Both the position numbers and the translations under genes were made by a program. From Acidobacteriota bacterium (lineage in GTDB: Bacteria; Acidobacteriota; UBA6911; RPQK01; JADFOI01), in NCBI GenBank assembly GCA_963663035.1, contig OY760074.1, positions 224,001 to 288,000 of the forward strand: DNA of 64,000 nt, given 5' to 3'. How positions within the stretch are numbered: the stretch's first letter is position 1; the number at the start of each line of letters is the position of its first letter. Of the stretch, positions 10,321 through 20,086 are shown piece after piece. The notes under the pieces were generated by a model. The model saw only the letters and a list, made by a program, of their open reading frames with translations, did not search any database and was not told where the DNA came from.

Positions 10321-11959
10321 CCCGGATTATTCATAAATTCTGAAGAAGGGGTCTGATCGAGGGCACAAAAAGATGCCGTACCTATTTGATATAAAAGGGG
10401 TTATGAAACAACTCCAAACCAAAAAGGTACGGCCCAGCGATGCATCAGTCTGCCAGATCAACTTGCCATCTCACCCTGACAGAAAAGTGGTGGCTCGATT
10501 CGATGGAGGCCGGCTCTCCTCCGATGCCGGGCTGCTGTGTCTGTACGCCCTGGATCAACAGCACGGACTGACGGCTGGCTTTGCCTCCTGCCTGAAGGAC
10601 GCTCGAGATAGCCGCTACGTCCGCCACCAGATTCGCGAACTGCTCACCCAGCGCAGCTTTCAGATCGTGGCCGGCTATGAGGACTGCAACGATGCCGACA
10701 GCTTGCGCTCGGATCCCATCTTCAAGACCGTGTGTGATCGGCTGCCGGAAAGCGATCCGGATCTGGCTTCTCAACCCACGCTGTCGCGACTGGAGAACTC
10801 GGTGGACTCGAAGGATCTCACTCGCCTGGGACAGTGGCTGCTGGAGACCTACTTGAAGCACCGCAAGAAGAGCCGGCCCGAGAAGATCATCCTGGACATC
10901 GACAGCACGGATGACGTCACGCATGGGCAGCAGGAGTTCAGCTTTTACCACGGCTATTATCGCGAGCACATGTATCATCCGCTGCTGCTATTCGATGGCG
11001 AGACGGGCGATCTGGTATGTGCGCTACTGCGGCCCGGCAACCAGGGGGCGGCCGCCCACGCGGTGGCGGTTCTCAAACGGGTGGTGGCCCGGATGCGCCA
11101 GGTTCTGGGATCCGATGTTCCGATCGAAGTGCGAGCCGACAGTGGCTTTGCGACGCCGGCACTGTACGAGTTCTGTGAGGAGGAAAAACTGCAGTATGTG
11201 GTGGGCTTTGCCCGCAACTCCCGGCTGGCGGCCACCGTCGAGCCCTTGGTTGAGCAGGTGCAAGCAGACTATGACGACTCAGGAGAAAAGCAACGCCAGT
11301 TCACCGAGCTCGTCTATCAGGCCGACAGTTGGGACCGGGAGCGGCGCATGGTGGCCAAGGTGGAAGTGAGCGAGCGCGGGTTCAACCGTCGCTTTGTGGT
11401 CACCAACCGCCAGGATCTCACGGCCGGGCAGCTGTATGACCACTACATCGGACGGGGCCAGTGCGAGAACTTCGTGAAAGCTTTCAAAAAAGATCTGGCC
11501 ATGGATCGCTTGAGCTGCCACCGTTTCCTGGCCAACCAGTTCCGACTCTTCATCCACGCCCTGGCCTATGTCTTAATCCTGCGCCTGCGGGATTACCTGT
11601 GCGGGACTCCCTGGCACAACCTGGAGATTGAGACGCTCCGCCGCCGCCTGTTCAAAATCGGTGCCCGGGTTCGGGAAACTTCTCGTCGCATCTGGGTGCA
11701 CCTGGCATCGTCTTATCCCGAACAAAAGCTCTTCGCATTACTGATGCACCGTCTGTGTCCCACCTGACGGTCCCCTGACTCCCTGCGCCAACACAGATAT
11801 ACAGCCCCCTGCGGGCCGAGCTGTTTCCGGAAGGGGCTCTCGCTTCATCTCTATTCGGCTCAACAAGCTTGGACGCCTTGTAATCGCACCTGAACACACT
11901 CTCAGCCCTGAACTTCCGCAGAAAATCGACACTCACCCCAAACTTATGAATAATTGCGG
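10321..11959 (+). mobile_element. IS1380-family insertion sequence, copy 1 (1639 bp)
   Basis: Terminal IRs cccggattattcataa / ttatgaataattgcgg (13/16 match), CTAG duplicated at 10317-10320 and 11960-11963. Confidence 0.93.
10373..11767 (+). CDS. IS1380-family DDE transposase
   Basis: FDGGRLSSDAG, GYEDCND, LDIDST, HGQQE, VRADSGF, RGQCENF. Confidence 0.95.
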   Translation: MPYLFDIKGVMKQLQTKKVRPSDASVCQINLPSHPDRKVVARFDGGRLSSDAGLLCLYALDQQHGLTAGFASCLKDARDSRYVRHQIRELLTQRSFQIVAGYEDCNDADSLRSDPIFKTVCDRLPESDPDLASQPTLSRLENSVDSKDLTRLGQWLLETYLKHRKKSRPEKIILDIDSTDDVTHGQQEFSFYHGYYREHMYHPLLLFDGETGDLVCALLRPGNQGAAAHAVAVLKRVVARMRQVLGSDVPIEVRADSGFATPALYEFCEEEKLQYVVGFARNSRLAATVEPLVEQVQADYDDSGEKQRQFTELVYQADSWDRERRMVAKVEVSERGFNRRFVVTNRQDLTAGQLYDHYIGRGQCENFVKAFKKDLAMDRLSCHRFLANQFRLFIHALAYVLILRLRDYLCGTPWHNLEIETLRRRLFKIGARVRETSRRIWVHLASSYPEQKLFALLMHRLCPT

Positions 11960-11973
11960 CTAGGAGGAACATA

Positions 11974-12561
11974 ATGGCTATTACAAATCGTATAAGACGA
12001 CTTTTTCATGCCGATGTACACGCTGTTTTGGACATCATCGAGGAGCCCGAAGCAATTCTGAAGCAGGCGATTCGAGAGATGCAGGAGGCTCTTGACTTGA
12101 AGAGAGCCCGGCTGGCCAGGGACCAAAGGAACCTGGCCTCGCTGAAAGGGGCCGAGACCTATTCCAACGAGCAGCTGGCAAAGGTTCAGAAAGATGTGAA
12201 GCTTTGCTTGAGGCAAGGCTCTGAGGACCTGGCCCGCAAGACGGTGGGGCGTAAGCTTGCCCTGGAGAAACATGTGGCAGTTGTAAAGCAGCGCATCTCG
12301 GCCGGGGAGAAACTCCACCAGAAGAACAAGCAGGAGATTGATCTTCAGCAGGGCCAACTCGAGTCGATAGTCGAAAAGGCCAAACTGTTTGTGCCGACGG
12401 CAGCGGAGGACTCAGTCTTCTCTGTTGCCGAGTCCATTCTCACCAGCGCTGAGCGGGGTGCCGGTCGAGGCTATCCCGGCGGCATGCAGGTGAGTGAGGA
12501 GGAAATCGAACTGGAATGGATACGCATTCGCGACGGTCTCGACAAGGGAGGTGCCTCATGA
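11974..12561 (+). CDS. PspA/IM30-family protein
   Basis: RIRRLFHADVHAVLDIIEEPEAILKQAIREMQ, coiled coil, EDLAR motif. AGGAGG RBS formed with the target-site duplication. Confidence 0.8.
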   Translation: MAITNRIRRLFHADVHAVLDIIEEPEAILKQAIREMQEALDLKRARLARDQRNLASLKGAETYSNEQLAKVQKDVKLCLRQGSEDLARKTVGRKLALEKHVAVVKQRISAGEKLHQKNKQEIDLQQGQLESIVEKAKLFVPTAAEDSVFSVAESILTSAERGAGRGYPGGMQVSEEEIELEWIRIRDGLDKGGAS

Positions 12562-13139
12562 AGCGACCCACCATCTTTGCGGGAATCGCTTTCGCTTTTG
12601 TGGTTGCTGTCTTCACGGTGCCGGTATGGTGGGGGGGCAAAACAGCCCTGCCTTTTTCACTGGCCTTCCGTTTGATCACACTGAGTGGCTATCTCGCCTA
12701 TTGCTTCTATTTGTTGAGGACGGCCAAAACCCGCGTGGGGGCGCTCACCCTGGCCACTGCCAATCTGGTGACCGCGCTGGCGCTCTCATTCCTGCCTCTT
12801 ACCAACTCGATGATGGTCGGGGCACTGGTGGTCATGATCAGTCTGAACCGTTCACTGCTCTTTCAACGCAGTCTGATGGCCATTGCTCTTGATGGTCTGG
12901 TGTCGGGAGCAGGATTGATGTTTGCCGGGTATCTCTTCACCAAAACGGGAAGCGTGCCCGCGGCAATGTGGAGTTTCTTTCTGCTGCAGTCGGTATTCGT
13001 GCTGATTCCGCCGCGATCATGGGGAGAGGCCGGCCTCTTCTCAGCCGATGAAAGCGGGGACACAGTGGATGTTTTCGTTCACCCCCAACGGCAGGCAGAG
13101 GCGGCGCTGGAGCGGATTGTCCAGGAGGGCGTGGGGTGA
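12558..13139 (+). CDS. Multi-pass membrane protein
   Basis: About 6 hydrophobic segments, ATGA overlap with the PspA-like gene, GGAGG RBS. Confidence 0.75.
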   Translation: MKRPTIFAGIAFAFVVAVFTVPVWWGGKTALPFSLAFRLITLSGYLAYCFYLLRTAKTRVGALTLATANLVTALALSFLPLTNSMMVGALVVMISLNRSLLFQRSLMAIALDGLVSGAGLMFAGYLFTKTGSVPAAMWSFFLLQSVFVLIPPRSWGEAGLFSADESGDTVDVFVHPQRQAEAALERIVQEGVG

Positions 13140-13155
13140 AAAGGGTTTGAAGATT

Positions 13156-13179
13156 GGGAGCGGCCAGGGGGCCGCTCCC
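13156..13179. terminator. Putative terminator hairpin between convergent genes
   Basis: gggagcggcc-aggg-ggccgctccc, perfect 10-bp stem, weak U tract. Confidence 0.45.
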
Positions 13180-13241
13180 TTCGGCACCTGAGGTGTCTCC
13201 CACGTTCCCGAAGGACCCTTTATACCTCCCACGTTCCCCCT

Positions 13242-14345
13242 CTACAGGCCCAGCATGGTTTCGTCTGCCAACATGTCGACGACCGCTTCAAAGCTCTCCG
13301 TTTCCTCGTATTTCCTCAGTTGTCGATCGGCGCTTGTCCCTTCCTTGAGGATGGTTCGGATGTAGGCTACTTCTTCGTGTATGTCCAACTGGTCCAGGAC
13401 GTCGCCCAGTATTTCCAACAGTTCTTCCAGCAGAGAACGAAGGGGCACTTCTTTTTCCTTCCCCCAATCCAACAAGTCCCCATCGATTCCCGCCTTGGCT
13501 GCCCGCCATTTGTTTTCCGCGACCAGGGCCCGGCGGTAACGGCGCCAGCTCTGATTGTTTTCCCGCAACTGAATCAGCTTTGCGACCATGGCTTGTAGGA
13601 GAGCGGCAATGGCAATGACTTCGTCTATCTTGGTCGTGCAGTCGCAGATTCTGAACTCCAGGGTCGGAAACTTGGGATGAGGGCGAATGTCCCACCAAAT
13701 TTTAGTCGGCTCGTCTATGCAGTGGGTCTTGATCAGGGTTTGGACAAACTCATCATATTCTGTGGCAGAATCAAAGTACTCGGGGAGACCAGTTCGCGGA
13801 AGATCTTCAAAAATAACACTTCTATAGGATTTCAAGCCGGTGTTGCGTCCCAGCCAAAAAGGAGAGGAGGTGGACAGACTCAGAATGTGAGGCATGAAGT
13901 AGGTAATTTGATTCATGACGTCAATGCGTAAGTCCTCATCGGGGATGCCGATATGTACATGCATTCCGAAGACTAACAGGCGGCGGGCAACATCCTGCAG
14001 GTCTCCTTCTAAAACCCTATAGCGAGCCTTATTGGTAATGACCTGATCTTCCCAGCGAGAAAAAGGGTGAGTGCCAGCTGCCACAAACCTGCGGTTGTGA
14101 CCGTCGGCGATCTCCCCAACCAGGCTGCGAAGTTGCTTGACCTCTTTGCGAAGTTCCTTGACGTTTTGGCACACCAGGCTTCCGGTCTCAATCTGAGATT
14201 GGAGAAACTCCGGTTTGACTTGATCCCTGAAAAGCGTGGCCTTCCCTTTCAAGAATTCAGAGATGTAAGAAGTCAACTCCCGGGTCTGGGGGTCAATAAT
14301 TTGATATTCTTCTTCGATTCCAATGGTTAGGTCGGCAAGATCCAT
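13242..14345 (-). CDS. ybdK: Carboxylate-amine ligase (YbdK / GCS2 family)
   Basis: TIGIEEEYQIID, GTHPF, GMHVHIG, WWDIRPHP, TLEFRICD, ENKWRA. Start at MDLADL. Confidence 0.88.
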   Translation of the reverse strand: MDLADLTIGIEEEYQIIDPQTRELTSYISEFLKGKATLFRDQVKPEFLQSQIETGSLVCQNVKELRKEVKQLRSLVGEIADGHNRRFVAAGTHPFSRWEDQVITNKARYRVLEGDLQDVARRLLVFGMHVHIGIPDEDLRIDVMNQITYFMPHILSLSTSSPFWLGRNTGLKSYRSVIFEDLPRTGLPEYFDSATEYDEFVQTLIKTHCIDEPTKIWWDIRPHPKFPTLEFRICDCTTKIDEVIAIAALLQAMVAKLIQLRENNQSWRRYRRALVAENKWRAAKAGIDGDLLDWGKEKEVPLRSLLEELLEILGDVLDQLDIHEEVAYIRTILKEGTSADRQLRKYEETESFEAVVDMLADETMLGL

Positions 14346-14376
14346 GAACACCCCTTGGACTAACGGACGCGAAGTA

Positions 14377-15657
14377 GTGAAGAACAGTATAGCGTACTCT
14401 AATAAAGTTCTCCTGATCGTCTTCGGTTCCCTGTTGTTGCTCGGTTGCGGTGCGCCAACTGAATCGGCAGATCTTATCCTCACCAATGCCCGTGTGATCG
14501 ATGGGACGGGAGTCGTCCATGATTCTGCCATTATCGCCATCACGGGGACACGCATCCAAAGCATTACCAGCGGCCAAAAGCGGTTCAACGCCCGTGAGAG
14601 GATCGACGTCCAGGGTAAAACGGTGCTGCCTGGGCTGATCAATACCCATGTCCATTTAAGACCTGCCGGGCTGGTCGATGAGGAGACGCTCACCGAGTAT
14701 CTCAGGAATGGATTTTTGGTGGACCTGCAGGACTACCTGGCGCATGGCGTCACCACTCTCAAATCCGCCGGGGATCCCGCTGAGCTCTTGATCCAGGTCA
14801 GAGAGCGTCTTGCACGAGGTGAGATTCGGGGCCCTCGACTCTTTCTGGCCGGCCCTCCACTGACGGCAGTGGGAGGACATCCTGCCGCTACGCTCTTCGC
14901 GGAGAATCCCTGGCTGCGTGACCGACATGTTAAAGAACTGACCTCTGAAGAGGAGGCCCGAGCTGCCGTGCGTCAGTTGGCCGGGGCAGGTGTAGACGCC
15001 ATCAAGTTTGTCTATCAGGGGAGTACCGATAAGAGCCAACCCTATCTGTTTCGGCCCGGTCTTCCACTCCGCAAAATGACTCCGCAGATGATGGAAGCGA
15101 TCATCGATGAAGGTCATCTCCATCAGCTTCCTGTTACAGCTCACACCAATGATCTGGAGGATGCCCTGGCGGTACTGGAAGCGGGAAGTGATGGTTTAGA
15201 GCATGGTGTCACCCGCATGCGACTCGAGGACGAGAAGCTGGGCTCCCTTTTGCGAGAGCGTCAGGCATCCTATGTGCCCACCCTCCGTTTGCCTGACAGG
15301 CGCCGACCCGAGGACCTGGAGACGGCCCAGGCCAATCTGAGACAGGTTGCTCAGGCCGGTGGCCGCGTTGTTCTTGGAACCGATGGAATCCCTTCGGATG
15401 GTGGTTCGGGCCTGGATACTCTCAAGGAACTGGAACTGATGGTCCAGGCGGGCATGACTCCACAGCAGGTGATTCAGGCGGCCACCAGCAATGCCGCCCG
15501 GCACCTGGGAAAGCTGGGTGAGCTGGGAACTCTGGAGCCAGGCGCCCTGGCCGATCTCATCATCGTGGAGGGTGATCCTCTGACGGATATTACGACGCTG
15601 CACAACATTGAGGTCGTCATAAAAGGTGGAGAAATTGTGGTGGATAATCGGAGATGA
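14377..15657 (+). CDS. Amidohydrolase-family lipoprotein
   Basis: LLLGC lipobox, GKTVLPGLINTHVH, VTAH, LEHG, LGTD, G-x-L-x-PG-x-x-ADL. GTG start is inferred. Confidence 0.88.
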   Translation: MKNSIAYSNKVLLIVFGSLLLLGCGAPTESADLILTNARVIDGTGVVHDSAIIAITGTRIQSITSGQKRFNARERIDVQGKTVLPGLINTHVHLRPAGLVDEETLTEYLRNGFLVDLQDYLAHGVTTLKSAGDPAELLIQVRERLARGEIRGPRLFLAGPPLTAVGGHPAATLFAENPWLRDRHVKELTSEEEARAAVRQLAGAGVDAIKFVYQGSTDKSQPYLFRPGLPLRKMTPQMMEAIIDEGHLHQLPVTAHTNDLEDALAVLEAGSDGLEHGVTRMRLEDEKLGSLLRERQASYVPTLRLPDRRRPEDLETAQANLRQVAQAGGRVVLGTDGIPSDGGSGLDTLKELELMVQAGMTPQQVIQAATSNAARHLGKLGELGTLEPGALADLIIVEGDPLTDITTLHNIEVVIKGGEIVVDNRR

Positions 15658-15660
15658 AAA

Positions 15661-15984
15661 ATGGTGACCCTCGAAGACTTTCAGAAATTAGAGATCCGGA
15701 TCGGCAAGGTCCTCTCCGTAGAGAAAGTTGCTGGCGCGGATAAGCTGCTGAAATTCATCTTTGACTTCGGCAGCGAACAAAGGCAAATCATCGCTGGAAT
15801 GGCGACTTTCTTCCCGGAACCCTCGAGCTTGGAGGGAAAAGAAATGCCGGTCTTGCTCAATATTGAACCCAGGACCTTCAGGGGTGAGGTGAGCCACGGA
15901 ATGATTATTGCAGCAGACGTTGATGGACATCCGGTTCTGCTGCATCCGGAAAGAGAAGTGGAACCGGGTAGTAGGGTTCTGTAG
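15661..15984 (+). CDS. tRNA-binding OB-fold protein (CsaA/Trbp111/MetG C-terminal-like)
   Basis: EDFQKLEIRIGKV...GADKLL...RQIIAG...N..PR..RGEVSHGM. Confidence 0.9.
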   Translation: MVTLEDFQKLEIRIGKVLSVEKVAGADKLLKFIFDFGSEQRQIIAGMATFFPEPSSLEGKEMPVLLNIEPRTFRGEVSHGMIIAADVDGHPVLLHPEREVEPGSRVL

Positions 15985-16006
15985 CCGGGACTATGCATAA
16001 TCCCGG
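15985..16006. repeat. 22-bp fused-end palindrome of the IS1380-like MITE
   Basis: tag-ccgggactatgcataatcccgg-ctag directly after a stop codon. Confidence 0.75.
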
Positions 16007-16027
16007 CTAGGAGGGAGCGAGCTCCCC

Positions 16028-16531
16028 TCACCGCCTGCCGCCGCCCTGGCCCTGACCTGGGCGCTGACCTCGACCCTGGCCTTGACCGCGGCCTGGGCGC
16101 TGGCCTTGACCATCACCCTGCCGTTGGCCCTGGCGCATGTTCGGTCGCCCTCCCTGCAGTTCTCGGTACTGTGTCATCTGCTCGTCACTGAGAATGGTGG
16201 CGAGTTTCTGGTTGGTCTCCTCTTGCAATTCTGCTCGCTCGTTTCGAAGAGCCTCCATGGTTTCCTGGGAGCGTGACTGATCCTGGTACTGCTCCCGAAG
16301 CGCCTGCAGCTTTTCACGGCTCTCTTCAAAGATAGGCCGGATATCTTTCGCCTGTGGGTCCGTTAGGGCCAGTCGCTCCTTGAACCGCTCGAACTGTTCT
16401 TCAGGGTTTCGGTCACCCTGGGGAGATCCCATGGGTCGCTGTGCATAGGCAGACCAACCCATGATCATAGCGAAGGCGATTGAGATGATCATCAGGGTTT
16501 TCACGATTCGTCTTTCCAAGGTTACTGTCAT
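16028..16531 (-). CDS. Spy/CpxP-like periplasmic helical protein with GQ-rich tail
   Basis: Signal peptide, LALTDPQ and ILSDEQ (LTxxQ-like) motifs, C-terminal GQGQRPG repeats. Confidence 0.7.
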   Translation of the reverse strand: MTVTLERRIVKTLMIISIAFAMIMGWSAYAQRPMGSPQGDRNPEEQFERFKERLALTDPQAKDIRPIFEESREKLQALREQYQDQSRSQETMEALRNERAELQEETNQKLATILSDEQMTQYRELQGGRPNMRQGQRQGDGQGQRPGRGQGQGRGQRPGQGQGGGRR

Positions 16532-16608
16532 GGTGTTACTCCATCTTGTTTGCTGCACATTAAGTGTTGAAGTTCACTGGTTAAGACGAAGGACGGACGA
16601 AAATGTGT

Positions 16609-16634
16609 GTAAAGAATTTGTAAGGATTTGTAAA
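16609..16634. promoter_or_regulatory. Triple CpxR-like repeat GTAAA-N6-GTAAG-N5-GTAAA
   Basis: gtaaagaatttgtaaggatttgtaaa upstream of the Spy-like gene. Confidence 0.55.
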
Positions 16635-16652
16635 GCCGAGAAAGGGGGTTAA

Positions 16653-16848
16653 CCCGCACTTCTCACACCCGCTCTACTGCAGCGGCGCAATGATCCGCCC
16701 TGACTTTGTTGCGCGACCCGCAAGCGGGTACCCCTCGCGCGCCAGTCGGAGCCGCAGGCTTTAGCCTGCGGGCCCGTGGGCTAAAGCCCACGGCTCTGTT
16801 TTCCGGTCCTTCCGCCGCTTCGCGACGACCTGGTGTGAGAAATGCGGG
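16653..16848. mobile_element. MITE variant with different IRs and a nested REP doublet
   Basis: IR cccgcacttctcacacc / ggtgtgagaaatgcggg. Core homologous to the 34436 MITE (ctactgcag..gacccgcaagcgggtacccc). REP pair at 16749-16797. Confidence 0.75.
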
Positions 16849-18447
16849 TCAATAGGGGGACAGAGCAGACCGTACCCATTTCTTTTGTCCCTTTTTTCCC
16901 CGCCAGCGCCAGCCTAGAATGCCGGCATACAGAATCAGGGAAACAACTGAGATCCACTTCCCGATGCGAAAGCCTGCCGGCGCATACTCGATGCGAAGAT
17001 GATGATTTCCCGCACCCAGGGGAACGGCTCGCAAGATGTAGTTGGCGGGCAGAAGGTCGTAATTCTGTTGAACGCTGCCGGGAAGGGCCACTGCTCGCCA
17101 GCCCTTGCTGTAGCTGTCCGTAATCAGCAAGATGGCGGGAGCCGGAAGGCGGGCTTCCACAACCAGATAATCCGTGCCCTCCTCGGTAATGGTGGCGGTA
17201 CCAGGCCGGTCAGTTTTGACGGGAGCCGGGACAGGAGCAGTTTCCAGAATGACCTGTTGCCGAGGGTCGAAAGAGGAGTTGCTCATGGTGGCAAAGATGC
17301 GGCCGCGCTCCTGAATGAGCACCCAGTCCTGGATCAATTCCAGCCGCGACAGGGGCGAGGGGATCTCCTCGAAGCCCTGTCTGCCGCCCTCTGAGAAAAA
17401 TACATAACGACCTCGCAGCATCCCGAAGAGGGGATGGATGCGCGACAGTTCCAGATACTGACTAGCGGTCTGAGGGTTCTGGCCCTGGGTAAATGTCATG
17501 AACTCGGCATAGCGCTTGAGCACGCCGGGATCATGTCCCCATAGGTCCTGGGCACCTGTGCTGAGGGCACTGTTCGGGTTGGGGGGCAGTGAAACACGAT
17601 AATCACCCGGATTGGCTTCGTAGAATTGCTGTATAAGAGGAAGCCGTGTCGTTTCCAGATCAAAGGTCGGTCTGTTGGCTGTGGCAAAGATAAACATCTC
17701 CAAGGCGGCAAGCAACGGTACGAGATACACGGCTCTGGGAGCCACCCGTGTGCGCCGCAGCAGCAGACTAAAGAGCAGGCATGAAGCGCTGCAAAGGAGC
17801 ACACCCTTTGCAGTAAACACGCCTGCACCGTTGACAAAGGCTTGGTCTTGATAGCTACCCAGTGGCAGATAGGACTCCCCAGTGGCGGCCACCGCTGACA
17901 TGAGGGATCCCCACGTCCCGCTGAACCCGGAAGCTGCCGAAAGGTATATCCACAGGCCCACAGCACCCACCGCCAGTCCTGCGAATGACAGTAGCTTTGC
18001 CAGACGTTGACGCCAGGGAGGATCGTGCAGGAGATTGTCCAGGCCAATGGCGGAGAGCATGACGCTGAACATGGCTACCAGAAAAATGAACTTTGAATTG
18101 CCCCGAAACATGTCGAATCCCGGTACGGACCTGTAAAGCAGATTGAAGAGGGGTGTGTAAGTCCCCAGAGCAAGAACCGATAAAATCAGCGTCATGGAGA
18201 CCGAAGACAGCCGCAGTTTCCGGCTGCCCCGCACAGCTCCCGACACTGCCAGGACAAAACCAGTCACACCTATGAACAGCGACATCTCCCACAGATACCA
18301 CCGTCCCCAGTAACTGCTCATGCCGCCGAAGAATCCTGGGACCAGGAGGGTGAGAAAGTTCTCTGGCGGGAAGGAGAACATGGCCGCAAACGCATAGGAT
18401 GTTCCGCTGCTGCGTACACTCTCGCCGGCTGCCTCCAGGCCAGCTAG

Positions 18448-20086
18448 CCCGGATTATTCATAAATTCTGAAGAAGGGGTCTGATCGAGGGCACAAAAAGA
18501 TGCCGTACCTCTTTGATATAAAAGGGGTTATGAAACAACTCCAAACCAAAAAGGTACGGCCCAGCGATGCATCAGTCTGCCAGATCAACTTGCCATCTCA
18601 CCCTGACAGAAAAGTGGTGGCTCGATTCGATGGAGGCCGGCTCTCCTCCGATGCCGGGCTGCTGTGTCTGTACGCCCTGGATCAACAGCACGGACTGACG
18701 GCTGGCTTTGCCTCCTGCCTGAAGGACGCTCGAGATAGCCGCTACGTCCGCCACCAGATTCGCGAACTGCTCACCCAGCGCAGCTTTCAGATCGTGGCCG
18801 GCTATGAGGACTGCAACGATGCCGACAGCTTGCGCTCGGATCCCATCTTCAAGACCGTGTGTGATCGGCTGCCGGAAAGCGATCCGGATCTGGCTTCTCA
18901 ACCCACGCTGTCGCGACTGGAGAACTCGGTGGACTCGAAGGATCTCACTCGCCTGGGACAGTGGCTGCTGGAGACCTACTTGAAGCACCGCAAGAAGAGC
19001 CGGCCCGAGAAGATCATCCTGGACATCGACAGCACGGATGACGTCACGCATGGGCAGCAGGAGTTCAGCTTTTACCACGGCTATTATCGCGAGCACATGT
19101 ATCATCCGCTGCTGCTATTCGATGGCGAGACGGGCGATCTGGTATGTGCGCTACTGCGGCCCGGCAACCAGGGGGCGGCCGCCCACGCGGTGGCGGTTCT
19201 CAAACGGGTGGTGGCCCGGATGCGCCAGGTTCTGGGATCCGATGTTCCGATCGAAGTGCGAGCCGACAGTGGCTTTGCGACGCCGGCACTGTACGAGTTC
19301 TGTGAGGAGGAAAAACTGCAGTATGTGGTGGGCTTTGCCCGCAACTCCCGGCTGGCGGCCACCGTCGAGCCCTTGGTTGAGCAGGTGCAAGCAGACTATG
19401 ACGACTCAGGAGAAAAGCAACGCCAGTTCACCGAGCTCGTCTATCAGGCCGACAGTTGGGACCGGGAGCGGCGCATGGTGGCCAAGGTGGAAGTGAGCGA
19501 GCGCGGGTTCAACCGTCGCTTTGTGGTCACCAACCGCCAGGATCTCACGGCCGGGCAGCTGTATGACCACTACATCGGACGGGGCCAGTGCGAGAACTTC
19601 GTGAAAGCTTTCAAAAAAGATCTGGCCATGGATCGCTTGAGCTGCCACCGTTTCCTGGCCAACCAGTTCCGACTCTTCATCCACGCCCTGGCCTATGTCT
19701 TAATCCTGCGCCTGCGGGATTACCTGTGCGGGACTCCCTGGCACAACCTGGAGATTGAGACGCTCCGCCGCCGCCTGTTCAAAATCGGTGCCCGGGTTCG
19801 GGAAACTTCTCGTCGCATCTGGGTGCACCTGGCATCGTCTTATCCCGAACAAAAGCTCTTCGCATTACTGATGCACCGTCTGTGTCCCACCTGACGGTCC
19901 CCTGACTCCCTGCGCCAACACAGATATACAGCCCCCTGCGGGCCGAGCTGTTTCCGGAAGGGGCTCTCGCTTCATCTCTATTCGGCTCAACAAGCTTGGA
20001 CGCCTTGTAATCGCACCTGAACACACTCTCAGCCCTGAACTTCCGCAGAAAATCGACACTCACCCCAAACTTATGAATAATTGCGG
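18448..20086 (+). mobile_element. IS1380-family insertion sequence, copy 2 (1639 bp)
   Basis: Same IRs, CTAG duplication at 18444-18447 and 20087-20090. Confidence 0.93.
18500..19894 (+). CDS. IS1380-family DDE transposase
   Basis: Protein identical to 10373..11767. Confidence 0.95.
   Translation: MPYLFDIKGVMKQLQTKKVRPSDASVCQINLPSHPDRKVVARFDGGRLSSDAGLLCLYALDQQHGLTAGFASCLKDARDSRYVRHQIRELLTQRSFQIVAGYEDCNDADSLRSDPIFKTVCDRLPESDPDLASQPTLSRLENSVDSKDLTRLGQWLLETYLKHRKKSRPEKIILDIDSTDDVTHGQQEFSFYHGYYREHMYHPLLLFDGETGDLVCALLRPGNQGAAAHAVAVLKRVVARMRQVLGSDVPIEVRADSGFATPALYEFCEEEKLQYVVGFARNSRLAATVEPLVEQVQADYDDSGEKQRQFTELVYQADSWDRERRMVAKVEVSERGFNRRFVVTNRQDLTAGQLYDHYIGRGQCENFVKAFKKDLAMDRLSCHRFLANQFRLFIHALAYVLILRLRDYLCGTPWHNLEIETLRRRLFKIGARVRETSRRIWVHLASSYPEQKLFALLMHRLCPT

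Noticed and set aside
19779-20086. C-terminus of ORF 19779..20789 and ORF 11652..11972
   Set aside because: These are antisense read-through into the IS1380 right end, not real coding sequence.
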